Notes: a model not told the origin generated them from the sequence alone. A DNA stretch of 64,000 bases from an uncultured delta proteobacterium (GCA_963699755.1 CAVOVB010000001.1:1472001-1536000), one strand, 5' to 3'. Positions 28,471 to 38,394 are shown, numbered from the stretch's first letter. Numbers and translations: made by a program.

Positions 28471-30516
28471 ATGCGCAGGAGCTGGAAATTGTCCTGTTTG
28501 GGGGGCGTTGTCGCATTGGCATGCGCCGCACCGGTTCGCGCGCAGGGCGGTGCCGAGGTCGACTCCGCGAGCGAGGCACGCGCAGCTCGTCTTACCGAGG
28601 TCCAGAACAGCTTCAGCGGACCGACCGGTGGCATTCGCATCATCGACGCTGGCTCGGGCCCTAAGGGAACGTTCCGTCTGGCGCTGAACACCGAGCTCTT
28701 CGTCATTCGCGACTACTTCGTCCCGACCGACCAGGCGCAGCACTTCGCTGCAAATCTCTCGCTGAGCATCACGCCGACGGAGTACCTCGAGGTGTTCGTC
28801 GCCGCAGAGGCGACCTCGGCCTGGGATGACTCGAACGACCCGTTGTTGATCCAGCGCGTCGCGGACGTCCTCATCGGCCTCAAGGGTTTCTATCGGGCCA
28901 AGCCCTGGCTTTCGGTGGGGGGCGACGCGAGCGTTGCCTTTCTCGGCGGGGTGGGCGACGCCAAAGCCTCGCTGCGCTCCACGAGCTTTGGCGTGCGGGG
29001 GAACCTGACGTTCGATTTCCAAGAGCACGCGCGTCGCGACGCGCCGATGATCTTGCGGGTCAACGCCCAGTATTGGTTCGACAACTCGGCAAAGCTCACC
29101 GAAGACATCGAACGGCAGAGGTACGCCGCGCTCTGGGGTGTCGCGTCCCACCCAGAGGAAACCCGCCACCTGCTCACTGCGTTCGAACGCTATGCCTACG
29201 GGGTCAACCGAAGGGACTTCGTGCGCATCGCGACGGGCTTCGAAGCCCCGCTCAAGGTCCGCAAGGTCGGGCTCCATCCCTTGCTCGAGTGGCAGTGGGG
29301 CATCCCCGTCAAGCGCCAGGGGTTCGAGTGCGCAGCGAGCACGGGTCGGAACGGCGATGGCTGCCTGGCGGACGAAGGCGTCAAAGCCTTTCCGATGGAG
29401 CTCAGCCTTGGGTTGCGCATTCTTCCTCCACCCAGGGGGCTGGCCTTCACCGTCGCAGCGGATGTCGGCCTCACCGGAACCCGCAACTTCGTCCGGGAGC
29501 TGGCGCCCACCGCCCCGTACAACATCGTTTTGGGGGTTGCCTATGCGTTCGACCCACGCCCCGCGACCCTCCGCGCCTCCGAAGTCCCCATCCCAATCGA
29601 GTCGCCGGTCGAGCCGGAACGGACCGGCCAGCTCCAGGGGCAGGTCCTCGAGGAGGGTAGCGGGCGGCCGGTCTCCGATGCCCTGGTCGCCGTGATCGGC
29701 CAGGATGGCTCTCCGCTGCTCACCGACGCCGCTGGACGGTTCGTCACCTACGGTTTGCCCGAGGGAGAGCTCCTGCTCGAGGTGTCGCATCGTGACTACG
29801 TGACCGCGCAGTGCAGGGCCCTGGTTCCATCGGAGGTCCAGTGCACGCTCCTGCCTTCGAGCCGCGACGGGCAACTTCGGGTGGTCGCGGTCGATCGCGA
29901 CGGCGATCCGGTTCCCCAGCTGGCGATCACGGTCCGCGGACCTTCCGAGCACGTGCTGATTTCCGATCAGTCGGGCATTGTCATGCTCGAAGCGCTGAAG
30001 GCCGGGTCGTACACCGTCTACGTCGATGATCCGGTGTTCCTGATCACGGTCGCCGATGTGGAGATCTACGAGCGCCGCGAAACCGAGTTGCAGCTTCGGG
30101 TCCTTCGCAAGCCTTCACGATCCAGTGTCGTGGTGAAGCAGAAGCAGATCGCCCTGCGCCGGCAGGTCAGCTTCGCAACCGGCAGCGACGAAATCTTGCC
30201 GAACAGCGAGCCGCTCTTGTTGGAAGTCGTCGATGCGCTTCTTCGCAACCCAGATATCGAGCTCGTCGAGATTCAAGGGCACACCGACAATCGCGGAGGC
30301 TATGAGGTCAACATGCGAATCTCGCAAGAACGCGCCGATGCGGTGAAGCGATGGTTGACCGAGCATGGCGTGGAGCCGGCGCGCTTGACGACGAAGGGCT
30401 ACGGCCCGACGCGTCCGCTTGCGCCGAACATCACTCAGCAAAACCGAGCTCGCAATCGGCGCGTTCAGTTTACGATTCTGCGTCGCGTCCGGCTGAACGT
30501 CGCCGCATCACCATGA
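28471..30516 (+). CDS. OmpA-family outer-membrane protein (beta-barrel, carboxypeptidase-regulatory-like domains, OmpA C-terminal domain)
   Basis: Signal peptide; C-terminal FATGSDEI...EIQGHTDN...SQERADAV...GYGPTRP...NRRVQF. Confidence 0.88.
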   Translation: MRRSWKLSCLGGVVALACAAPVRAQGGAEVDSASEARAARLTEVQNSFSGPTGGIRIIDAGSGPKGTFRLALNTELFVIRDYFVPTDQAQHFAANLSLSITPTEYLEVFVAAEATSAWDDSNDPLLIQRVADVLIGLKGFYRAKPWLSVGGDASVAFLGGVGDAKASLRSTSFGVRGNLTFDFQEHARRDAPMILRVNAQYWFDNSAKLTEDIERQRYAALWGVASHPEETRHLLTAFERYAYGVNRRDFVRIATGFEAPLKVRKVGLHPLLEWQWGIPVKRQGFECAASTGRNGDGCLADEGVKAFPMELSLGLRILPPPRGLAFTVAADVGLTGTRNFVRELAPTAPYNIVLGVAYAFDPRPATLRASEVPIPIESPVEPERTGQLQGQVLEEGSGRPVSDALVAVIGQDGSPLLTDAAGRFVTYGLPEGELLLEVSHRDYVTAQCRALVPSEVQCTLLPSSRDGQLRVVAVDRDGDPVPQLAITVRGPSEHVLISDQSGIVMLEALKAGSYTVYVDDPVFLITVADVEIYERRETELQLRVLRKPSRSSVVVKQKQIALRRQVSFATGSDEILPNSEPLLLEVVDALLRNPDIELVEIQGHTDNRGGYEVNMRISQERADAVKRWLTEHGVEPARLTTKGYGPTRPLAPNITQQNRARNRRVQFTILRRVRLNVAASP

Positions 30517-31489
30517 GCCCGATCAGGGCAAGGATGGTCGCCCAGAGCGCACCTGCTGGGTTCTGGGCGGTGCTGCAGCCGCTGCTGCTCCCCGTGGAGC
30601 CCGGCGCGTCGCAGGCGATCTTGTTCCCGTTCGCGTCGGTTTCGCAGTTGAGCTGGAGCCCACCAAATGGAATGGCGATACACGAGTCGTCGAGGTTTCG
30701 GGGCCCGTAGATGTCGCAGACCGCGTTGATGTCGTCCGGCGCTAGACTCCGCTTCTCGACCGCGTTTCGTTCCGCCGAGGCGAACATCGTGGCCACGACG
30801 CAGGGGTCATCGGGATCGTTGATGTTGTCGGGATTGCAGTGACCGATTCCGATGAAGTGCCCGGCCTCATGGGTGACGATGCCGCGCAAGTCCGCGTCGG
30901 GGGCCTCGCAGCCGCCCTCGGGGCAGTCCGCGTAGGGACCGCCGGCGCCGCGTCCTGGGACGAATTGCTGATCGTTGATCATCATGTCGGCGTCGAGGAT
31001 CTCGCCGTTGCTGGTGTTGTACCAGACCTTCGTCACGGCGAATGCACGTGAGTCGTAGGGAAGGTCGCCCTCGCCGTCACAGGGATCCTGCCAAGGGTCG
31101 AGGAAGGCGATGGTGTTCACGTTCCCGACGGTGTTGAACTCGGCTCGTTTGCAGGTTGAGGGCACCACCGAAGGCTGGAAGACCAAGTTCGGACTGAAGC
31201 CGCCCGCGCATTCGGCGGTTTCCCAAGTTGCGAATGCCGCGTTGACCGCATTCTCGATCTCGCTGTACTCCATCCAGAACGAGGCACGGCCATCGATCGC
31301 GTAGGAGAGGCAGGGGTTGGTCCAAACCAGGGGCGCCCCCTTTTCGACGCAGGGCTGCTCGCCGACCTGGGCCCCGCCGCCGGTCGTCATGCGGCAGTAG
31401 GCCGACGCGTCGTTTGCCCCGAAGGAAGCCAAGAGCGCCAGCCCGAAAGAGGTGACTAGCGACAGAGAGTGGAGGCTGCGCTGAATCAT
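30470..31489 (-). CDS. Matrixin-like (metzincin) zinc metalloprotease with MYXO-CTERM sorting signal
   Basis: HEAGHFIGIGH, Met-turn ATMFA, C-terminal SSGCS...LALIGLMVMRRR. Confidence 0.9.
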   Translation of the reverse strand: MIQRSLHSLSLVTSFGLALLASFGANDASAYCRMTTGGGAQVGEQPCVEKGAPLVWTNPCLSYAIDGRASFWMEYSEIENAVNAAFATWETAECAGGFSPNLVFQPSVVPSTCKRAEFNTVGNVNTIAFLDPWQDPCDGEGDLPYDSRAFAVTKVWYNTSNGEILDADMMINDQQFVPGRGAGGPYADCPEGGCEAPDADLRGIVTHEAGHFIGIGHCNPDNINDPDDPCVVATMFASAERNAVEKRSLAPDDINAVCDIYGPRNLDDSCIAIPFGGLQLNCETDANGNKIACDAPGSTGSSSGCSTAQNPAGALWATILALIGLMVMRRRSAGRDAES

Positions 31490-32073
31490 CGACGTCCCTC
31501 CTGCTCTTGGGCGAGGTTACGCAGCTTGATCAAGAAGGCATCGAGGCGCTCGGGCTCTGGCACCGCGCCGAAGCTCCGCTTCAGGCGGCCTTCCGCATCT
31601 CGGCGGACCAGCATCAAACCCTCGCGGCTCTGACGGACGGTGTCGACGCCTTGCTCTCGGCGCACACGCATCACGCCCTGGCCCATACCCACAGGGCGAA
31701 ACGCGGAGTACGGCCCGCCGCCATGGGCGAAGACGAGGACGCGCTCGCCCACCTCGAAAGACGCTTCGCCCTCGACGCGCATCCCGATGTCGCCGATCTG
31801 GCCACCCAGGGTTTCGATGATCAGCTCCGATTCGTCGGGCGCCTGGCCTCGAATCTCCCGCTCGACCTCGATCCGATGCCAGGTCGAGATCTGGCCGTCC
31901 GGGCGGACGAAGGACTCGGAGAACAACACTCGGCCGAGGACGATACAGTCGGCTTCGGCGGTCAGTTCTTCGAGCTCGAGCCCTTGGACGATGGAGGCAT
32001 CGGCGGGGCTGGTGAGGAAGAGAGCGGCCAGCAAGGGGCCCAGGAGAGCAGCGACGAACCCGAATCTAAGCAT
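31486..32073 (-). CDS. Secreted partner of the metalloprotease (stand-alone prodomain-like protein)
   Basis: Signal peptide ending ADA; LEELTAEADCIVLGRV...TLGGQIGDIGMRVEG...GERVLVF; 4-nt overlap with the protease gene. Confidence 0.65.
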   Translation of the reverse strand: MLRFGFVAALLGPLLAALFLTSPADASIVQGLELEELTAEADCIVLGRVLFSESFVRPDGQISTWHRIEVEREIRGQAPDESELIIETLGGQIGDIGMRVEGEASFEVGERVLVFAHGGGPYSAFRPVGMGQGVMRVRREQGVDTVRQSREGLMLVRRDAEGRLKRSFGAVPEPERLDAFLIKLRNLAQEQEGRR

Positions 32074-32132
32074 TTCCCAATGCTGGGGGCCGTCGCCCCC
32101 TCCGTCAAGCAATCTGCCCCACACGATCTCGA

Positions 32133-32162
32133 TTGACAGTTTCCCCTAGATTTTCGTACACC
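32133..32162 (+). promoter_or_regulatory. Possible sigma70 promoter of the TRAP/TatT locus
   Basis: Perfect TTGACA at 32133-38; weak -10 (TACACC) 18 nt downstream. Confidence 0.3.
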
Positions 32163-32169
32163 TCGCTCC

Positions 32170-33096
32170 ATGTACCAAGCTCTCCTGTCTCGCCATCTGC
32201 GATCGGCGATCGGCGCGATTTGCATTGTCGTGCTCGGCGGCTGCGACGTCGCCAAGTTCACCGCTGACTCGACGGCGGGCCTGTTCACCCGCGCGGCTCC
32301 GGCGTTCGAATCGTACTGGGACTACGATCTGGCAGGCGAGGCGCTTCCGGCGACGGTCGTGCAGTTCGAAGGGATCCTCCGAGTCGTCCCCGACAACGAG
32401 GCCATCTTGGCGCAGTTGGCGCAGGCCTATGTCGCCTATGCGTACGGCTGGGTCGAGGCCGAGGTCGAGGAGCTCGAGTTCGAAAGCGAGTACGAAGAAG
32501 CCGATGTTCAACGCCGGCGGGCGCGCACGATGTATCTGCGCGCGCTCGACCTCACCCGGCACTGGGTCCGGCTGCACAACCCCGACGTCGACCTTGCCGT
32601 CAAGGGAAGTGTCGACGACCTCGAGGCCTGGTTGGAGACGGCGTTCACAGAGAAGGGCGACGCCGAGATGTTGCTCTGGCATGGATACGCCTGGGGTTCG
32701 TACATCAATGCGGCCAAGGACGACATGGAGGCCATCGCAGACCTCGAGTACGCAAAGGCCTTCGTCGCCCGCTCCATCGAGCTCGACCCGGACTACTATA
32801 ATGCGGCTGGCTACACGTTCATGGGCGTGGCCACCGCGTCCGAGATGGCCGGCGACATGGAACAGGCGAAGGCTTACTTCGAGAAGGCGCTGGCGCGTAC
32901 CGAACGGCGTGCGTTGCAGATCCAGCTCAACATGGCTCGCTACTACGCAGTCAAGGAAGGCGACAGAGAGCTGTTCGACAAGCTCCTCTCCGAGGTGATG
33001 GACGCGCAAGACCCGCTTCCCGAAGCGCGACTGGCCAATCGGATGGCCCGCGTGCGCGCTGCCATGTACATCGAGAACGCAGACCAACTTTTTTAG
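32170..33096 (+). CDS. TRAP transporter TatT (T component) family lipoprotein
   Basis: Lipobox LGGC; DYDLAGEALPA...YAYGWV...ELDPDYYN...AKAYFEKAL...RLANRMA; directly upstream of the TRAP Q and M genes. Confidence 0.8.
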   Translation: MYQALLSRHLRSAIGAICIVVLGGCDVAKFTADSTAGLFTRAAPAFESYWDYDLAGEALPATVVQFEGILRVVPDNEAILAQLAQAYVAYAYGWVEAEVEELEFESEYEEADVQRRRARTMYLRALDLTRHWVRLHNPDVDLAVKGSVDDLEAWLETAFTEKGDAEMLLWHGYAWGSYINAAKDDMEAIADLEYAKAFVARSIELDPDYYNAAGYTFMGVATASEMAGDMEQAKAYFEKALARTERRALQIQLNMARYYAVKEGDRELFDKLLSEVMDAQDPLPEARLANRMARVRAAMYIENADQLF

Positions 33097-33169
33097 TGAT
33101 TTCGGAGAGTACCGAAGTTATTGTGCGTAGCTCCAGCGTTCCGAACCAAGCGGTTGCGGAGAGGCGAAC

Positions 33170-33847
33170 GTGAAGTACATCCGGCATCTAGACAGAGGGC
33201 TCGCACGCGGCGAGGCGGCGATTGCCGCCGCGGTCCTTCTGCTCATGATCGCGGTTGCGGCTACGCAAGCGGCGCTCCGCAATCTCACAAACCTCGATTT
33301 CGATTGGGCGAACCTCGTGCTCGAGCGCATGGACTGGGCCGACTCTTTCCTGCAGAAGGGGACGCTCTGGCTGGCCTTCTTCGGGGCTTCTCTTTCGACG
33401 TTTGACGAGAAGCACATCGCCATCGACGTGGTTCCGCGGATCTCTCCGCCCCGTGCCAAGCAATTGTTTCGAGCCATCGTTTGCACCTTCTCAGCGGTGA
33501 CGTGTTTCTACCTCGGCCGTGTCTTCTGGCTGTCGGTTCTCAACAATGCGCAGGAGATTCCGCTCGAGTATTCGGTGCTCGGACCCAGCGACGAAATGAT
33601 CCACATCTGCTCGGCGCCTCTTCAGATCTTGGCCGATGCAGGGCTCTCGAGGCCAAATCTGTTCTGCGCCGTAAGGCGCGTGCTCGACGTATTCGGCGTC
33701 GAGATGTCGACGCCGGACGTTGCCCTACAGCTCATCGTTCCCTCGATGTTCATTTTCATGGCCGTGCGATTCTTGAGTCGTGCCATTGCGGCGAGCGTGT
33801 CGTTCATCAGCAATCGCCCACCCGAAGACCGCGAAGGGGAGGGCTGA
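33170..33847 (+). CDS. TRAP transporter small permease (DctQ-like)
   Basis: Four TM segments; LWLAFFGASL...KHIAIDV. Confidence 0.85.
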   Translation: MKYIRHLDRGLARGEAAIAAAVLLLMIAVAATQAALRNLTNLDFDWANLVLERMDWADSFLQKGTLWLAFFGASLSTFDEKHIAIDVVPRISPPRAKQLFRAIVCTFSAVTCFYLGRVFWLSVLNNAQEIPLEYSVLGPSDEMIHICSAPLQILADAGLSRPNLFCAVRRVLDVFGVEMSTPDVALQLIVPSMFIFMAVRFLSRAIAASVSFISNRPPEDREGEG

Positions 33848-33850
33848 GCG

Positions 33851-35329
33851 ATGGACGGGCTTTGGATCATCCTCCTCATCGCGCTGGCCGTTCTCGGCGC
33901 GCCGCTGTTCGCCATCTTTGGTGCGGCCGCGATGCTGCTCTTCGGAGGCCTCGCCGACACGAGCATCACGGGCACGGCCAACGACGTTTTCAGCGAGAAG
34001 TTCGCTGACTCCCCACTTCTGGTGACGATTCCCTTGTTCACTTTCGCGGGCTATCTGCTGGCGGAGAGCGGCACGCCGCATCGTTTGGTCAAGGTCTCTC
34101 GTGCTTGGCTTGGCTGGATGCCTGGTGGCTTGGCGATTGTCTGCCTCGTCGCCTCGGCCTTCTTCACGACTTTCACCGGCGGCAGCGGCATCACGATCGT
34201 CGCCATCGGCGGCCTTCTTTACCCGGCCCTCGTGGCGGACAAGTACGAAGAAAATTTCTCCCTGGGCCTGGTGACGACGGGTGGCTCGCTCGGCCTATTG
34301 TTCCCGCCGAGCGTGCCGATGATCATCTACGGTGTCGTCGCCGGCATCATGATCGAGAAGCTGTTTTTGGCGGGCTTGATCCCCGGCATCATCACCGTCA
34401 TCACGCTCGCGGCGTACAGCTCGGCCGCTGGCATCAAGAAGAAGATGCCACGCACCGGGTTTGATGTTCGGGAGGCGTTCAAGGCTCTCTGGGAGGCCAA
34501 ATGGGAAGCGCTGCTGCCGATTGCGCTGCTCGGCGGCATGTACAGCGGCCTCCTTCGAATCCACGAGGCGGCAGCGTTCACGGCGATTTACACCCTCGTC
34601 ATCGAGGTCTGGATCTACCGCGACGTAAGCTTTCGGGGCGACCTCCCGCGGATCATTCGCGAATCGATGACGCTGGTCGGCGCGATTCTCGCGATCTTGG
34701 CCACGGCGATCGGCTTCACCGCGTTCCTCATTCAGGCGCGCGTCCCGATGGCGATTCTCGACTCGATGGAGGGCTTCATCACCTCCCAGGTGATGTTCCT
34801 GATCGCGTTGAACTTCTTCCTCATCGGCGTCGGCATGTTGATGGATATCTTCTCTGCGATCGTCGTCGTGGTGCCGCTCATCGTGCCGATCGCGCTGAAG
34901 TTCGGCGTCGACCCGTACCACCTCGGCATCGTCTTTCTGCTCAACCTCGAGATCGGCTACATGACGCCGCCCGTGGGCCTGAACCTCTTCATCTCGAGCT
35001 TCCGTTTCAACAAGCCGATTACCCAGCTTTATCGAGCCGTCTTGCCGTTTATCGGGCTCTTGGGCCTCGCTCTGATCATCGTGACCTATGTCCCGTCCCT
35101 ATCGACCTGGCTGCCGAGCTTGGTCGAGACCAACGCGGTGAATCTCCACTCTCGGGACGATGAGATGGGCGACGGTGATGCGTACGATCTGGACTCGCTC
35201 GAAGGCGATGAGGAAGAGTTGAATCTGGACTCGCTCGAAGGCGATGAGGAGGAGCTGGATCTGGACTCGCTCGAAGACGATGAGGAGGAGCTCGACCTCG
35301 ACGCGATCGAGGCAGAGTCTCCTCAGTAG
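33851..35329 (+). CDS. TRAP transporter large permease (DctM-like) with acidic repeat tail
   Basis: IPLFTFAG, GSLGLLFPPSVP, LFLAGLIPG, EIGYMTPPVGLNLF. Confidence 0.93.
   Translation: MDGLWIILLIALAVLGAPLFAIFGAAAMLLFGGLADTSITGTANDVFSEKFADSPLLVTIPLFTFAGYLLAESGTPHRLVKVSRAWLGWMPGGLAIVCLVASAFFTTFTGGSGITIVAIGGLLYPALVADKYEENFSLGLVTTGGSLGLLFPPSVPMIIYGVVAGIMIEKLFLAGLIPGIITVITLAAYSSAAGIKKKMPRTGFDVREAFKALWEAKWEALLPIALLGGMYSGLLRIHEAAAFTAIYTLVIEVWIYRDVSFRGDLPRIIRESMTLVGAILAILATAIGFTAFLIQARVPMAILDSMEGFITSQVMFLIALNFFLIGVGMLMDIFSAIVVVVPLIVPIALKFGVDPYHLGIVFLLNLEIGYMTPPVGLNLFISSFRFNKPITQLYRAVLPFIGLLGLALIIVTYVPSLSTWLPSLVETNAVNLHSRDDEMGDGDAYDLDSLEGDEEELNLDSLEGDEEELDLDSLEDDEEELDLDAIEAESPQ
35186..35311 (+). repeat. 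36-bp tandem repeat (3 full copies plus a partial copy) encoding (D/N)LDSLE(G/D)DEEEL
   Basis: Unit gatctggactcgctcgaaggcgatgaggaagagttg at 35186, 35222 and 35258; diverged partial copy at 35294. Confidence 0.9.
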
Positions 35330-35469
35330 ACGCGGAACCATCAACCGCATCATCGGAGAACGGCTCGCGACGTCCGTGCTCGCGATTGGGCACCCCGCCC
35401 TCCCCACACGAGCGCCTGAGCCGAGCCGTTCGACGCAGGCCCGTGTCGCACTTTTTCCGCGCCCCGATG

Positions 35470-36615
35470 CTACGCGTGGGCGAGCGTAGTGGATGCTTCT
35501 TGGAGCATCGCGAGGCGGTACGCGATGTCGCCGCTGATTTGGCCAGGGGCGCTGGCCAGCGAGTTGACTCGCTCGAGCAATCGGCCGAGGCGGCGTTCCA
35601 AGTCGTCCCGGGTGAGCTCGAGCTTGGTTCGCATCGGCGCGAGCTTTTTGCGGCGCGCGTCGAGGTAGTCATGCTCGCCCGCGGCGCGCCGTTCGCGTTC
35701 GTGCTTGCTGAGCACAGTCGCCGAGTGGACCTCGAGGAGTGGAGAGTCAGCCGAGACGATGGCCGGAAAGGGAGTCGGGCTGTTGATGTCTACGACGCGG
35801 GTGAAGTGCTGAGCCCAGCAGTGGTCTTCGCCGCGGCTGGTGTCGCTGATGCCCACGATCTCGACCTCGGGGTTGCCTAGCTCGCCGCAGAGCTCTTGGA
35901 GGCGCTGAACTTTCACCTCACCGCTGTTGATGCGGTCGAGGGTCGAGTAGTGGACATGGTCGACGCCAAGCGCTTCGCCTGCGACTTCGACCGTCGGTTT
36001 TGGAGAAGCGCTACTCAGGACGATCTCGATGTGAGGGCACTGCGCACGAACCCAGGCGAGGTCCTCGCGATCGATTACCTGATCAGGCTCGTGCCGGTCC
36101 CAGATGCGCCGCGCGAGCTTGCGCAGCACGTCCTCGGAGGTCGTCTGTAGGTGGCGGAGCAGCGTCAGTTGAGGAACGCGCTGGGCCGCGCGAATCGGAT
36201 CAGCGACGAAGTGCCGAAAGCCGCGCTTGCGCAACCAATCAAGCCGCGCCGCGGCCTTGCCCCAGAAGCCGTAGTAGACGCCGGGATAGGCCCAGATCTT
36301 GGCGCTTCGCGCCAAATAGCGCGCTGTGCTTTGTGGATCATCCCAGTCGAAAACGAACTTGCCGCTTTGTCGCCGGCCCTCCATCCGCTCGAAGTGCTCG
36401 GGTCCGTAACCTTGATAGGCGCAAAGCTCCCAGCCCAGAGTCTCACCCAAGTCGCAGCCCAGATGAGTGGTCCTGTCGAGGTCGAGAACCAGGTAGCGGG
36501 TCTGCGGAGTGAGAACCCGCGCGCAGAGCTCGCGAAACGTCGCAACCTCGCCGTGCCGAACCAGACGGTTCACCAGGCGGTTTGGAGATTTCGCGGATGC
36601 AGAGCTCGCTTGCAC
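35470..36615 (-). CDS. HAD-superfamily hydrolase-like protein
   Basis: Motif I VLDLDRT, motif II LSSAS, motif III Lys (GEVK), motif IV GISD...ED. Confidence 0.6.
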   Translation of the reverse strand: MQASSASAKSPNRLVNRLVRHGEVATFRELCARVLTPQTRYLVLDLDRTTHLGCDLGETLGWELCAYQGYGPEHFERMEGRRQSGKFVFDWDDPQSTARYLARSAKIWAYPGVYYGFWGKAAARLDWLRKRGFRHFVADPIRAAQRVPQLTLLRHLQTTSEDVLRKLARRIWDRHEPDQVIDREDLAWVRAQCPHIEIVLSSASPKPTVEVAGEALGVDHVHYSTLDRINSGEVKVQRLQELCGELGNPEVEIVGISDTSRGEDHCWAQHFTRVVDINSPTPFPAIVSADSPLLEVHSATVLSKHERERRAAGEHDYLDARRKKLAPMRTKLELTRDDLERRLGRLLERVNSLASAPGQISGDIAYRLAMLQEASTTLAHA

Positions 36616-36755
36616 GCCATCAATCTAGGACCTCGATCGCCATCCGTTTGTAAAACTTAGGTCACATCGGCTAGATCTCCGGCAGGTCTCAGACGTCCAT
36701 CCATGTGTGACCGTTCGAACAACCAGCTTCTGCGCATCGATGATCGGAGCTCTTC

Positions 36756-37358
36756 ATGAGCGCCTCGTCGGACGAGGAGCTTCTGTGCGCGTATCGGGAC
36801 GGTGATATGGAGGCGTTCAAGACGCTCTTTGGCCGGTATCGAGGACCGCTCTTCAACTTCCTCCTGCGCCGCGTCCGCGATCGCGGACGAGCCGAGGAGA
36901 TTTACCAGGACACATGGTCCAAGGTGATCGAGCGCTGCGCGGAGTTTCGCGGCGACGCGAAGTTCTCGACCTGGCTGTACACGATTGCTCGGAACGCCTG
37001 CGTCGACCATCAGCGGAAGATGAAATTCCGCCGGCACGCGTCGCTAGACGAAGCCCAGGGGAGCGCGAGTCGGCCAATGGTCGAGCGCCTGGCCAATCCG
37101 GGGCTTGCGCCGGACCAGCTTGCGCTTGGCGAGGCGCTCAGGGAACGAATCGCACGCGCGGTGGAGGAGCTGCCGGAGGAGCAACGCGAGGTATTCTTGC
37201 TGCGGCAGCTACAGGGCCTCGGCTTCAAGGAGGTGGCCGAGGTGCTCGGTGTGCCGGTGAACACGGTGAAGAGCCGAATGCGTTACGCTCTGGAGCGACT
37301 TCAGCTGGGGCTCGGTGATTTGCGCGAGCGGCCCGCGAAGGGAGCCGAACAGGCATGA
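36756..37358 (+). CDS. ECF-family RNA polymerase sigma factor
   Basis: AEEIYQDTW, FSTWLYTIARNACVD, LPEEQREVFLL, EVAEVLGVPVNTVKSRMRYA. Confidence 0.95.
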   Translation: MSASSDEELLCAYRDGDMEAFKTLFGRYRGPLFNFLLRRVRDRGRAEEIYQDTWSKVIERCAEFRGDAKFSTWLYTIARNACVDHQRKMKFRRHASLDEAQGSASRPMVERLANPGLAPDQLALGEALRERIARAVEELPEEQREVFLLRQLQGLGFKEVAEVLGVPVNTVKSRMRYALERLQLGLGDLRERPAKGAEQA

Positions 37359-38365
37359 GCTGTAAGGACTGCAAGGAACGGGTTTTTGAGCTAATCGAGC
37401 GCGAGGCGGACGATCCCGAAGGCGTGCGTGCAATCCTTGCGGACTGCCCCGACTGTCGCGCCGAGTTCGAACAGATGAAGGCTGCTTTGGCGCTCGCCGA
37501 ACAGTTGCCGATCGAGGAGCCCGGAGCGGAGATCGATGCGGCGATTCTCAGCGAGGCAGAGCTGCGCATCGGGACCGCCGCCCCCGCCTCGGCGCCTGGG
37601 GCTGGGCGGGACGCCAAGGTGATTCCCTTCCGCAAGAGAATCCTCAAGGCCCCGCCATGGGCGATGGCTGCCGTGGCCTTGCTTGCCGTTGGCGTGGGCG
37701 TCTGGTCGATCCCGCGAGCGGTCCGGCTCGAGTCCGATGCGGATCGGCCGATGGTCGAGGCCAAGGGGAGCAGTCAGATCGCCGAGGCCGCTCGCGATGA
37801 GCATCTGGCTGAATCAGCGGCGCCCGAAGAGATCAACGTCGCTGCGATGGATGACATCTCCGAGGCCGGGCCGGCTGTGACCCTGGAAGCGGCCAGGGGT
37901 GCGAGTAGGCCGTCACCGCGCGCGAAGAAACAACGCGCCGCCCTGGCAAAACGATCTGCCGCTGAGGCGGACGCGGAGGATCTAGCGATGCCGCGCTCGG
38001 CGGCTCCGGTCGTCGACAGGGCTCCGGCCGTGGCCAAAGAGGAGGGGCCGGCCGCGCGCTCGGCCGAGGGGGGGGCGGCGGTCGCTGCGGATGCAGAAGC
38101 TGCCTTTGGTGCCTTAGAGCCCGAAGACAGGGATTCAAAGAGCGAAGAGGCTTCGAGCTGCATGGCCAAGGTCACTGCGTTCGAGCGGCGGCTCCGCGAT
38201 GAAAAAGACTACGCGCCCGAGCCGGAGGAAGAGCTCGCGATCGGGCGGTGCTATCGGATCCTCGGCGACACGGGCCAAGCGCGCAGCTGGCTGAAGCGCG
38301 CGGCCGGCCACCCGGAAACCAGGCGCCGCGCTCGAGAGGCGCTTCGAAGCTTGCCTCCGAAGTAG
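37355..38365 (+). CDS. Putative anti-sigma factor (Cys-rich zinc-binding N-terminus, TM, C-terminal TPR-like helix pair)
   Basis: CKDC...CPDC, TM WAMAAVALLAVGVGVW, ATGA overlap with the sigma factor. Confidence 0.78.
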   Translation: MSCKDCKERVFELIEREADDPEGVRAILADCPDCRAEFEQMKAALALAEQLPIEEPGAEIDAAILSEAELRIGTAAPASAPGAGRDAKVIPFRKRILKAPPWAMAAVALLAVGVGVWSIPRAVRLESDADRPMVEAKGSSQIAEAARDEHLAESAAPEEINVAAMDDISEAGPAVTLEAARGASRPSPRAKKQRAALAKRSAAEADAEDLAMPRSAAPVVDRAPAVAKEEGPAARSAEGGAAVAADAEAAFGALEPEDRDSKSEEASSCMAKVTAFERRLRDEKDYAPEPEEELAIGRCYRILGDTGQARSWLKRAAGHPETRRRAREALRSLPPK

Positions 38366-38394
38366 AGGCGGGTGGTTTCTTTGCCCATGGCGAA

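Noticed and set aside
28117..29952. 611-aa minus-strand ORF
   Set aside because: Antisense shadow of the OmpA-family and small secreted genes; no motifs.
28471..31489. OmpA-family plus MYXO-CTERM genes as a TraAB kin-recognition pair
   Set aside because: The genes are convergent, the MYXO-CTERM protein is a metalloprotease, and the OmpA protein lacks thrombospondin type-3 repeats.
35186..35311. 36-bp repeats as a possible CRISPR array
   Set aside because: Units are contiguous with no spacers, in frame within a CDS, and no cas genes are present.
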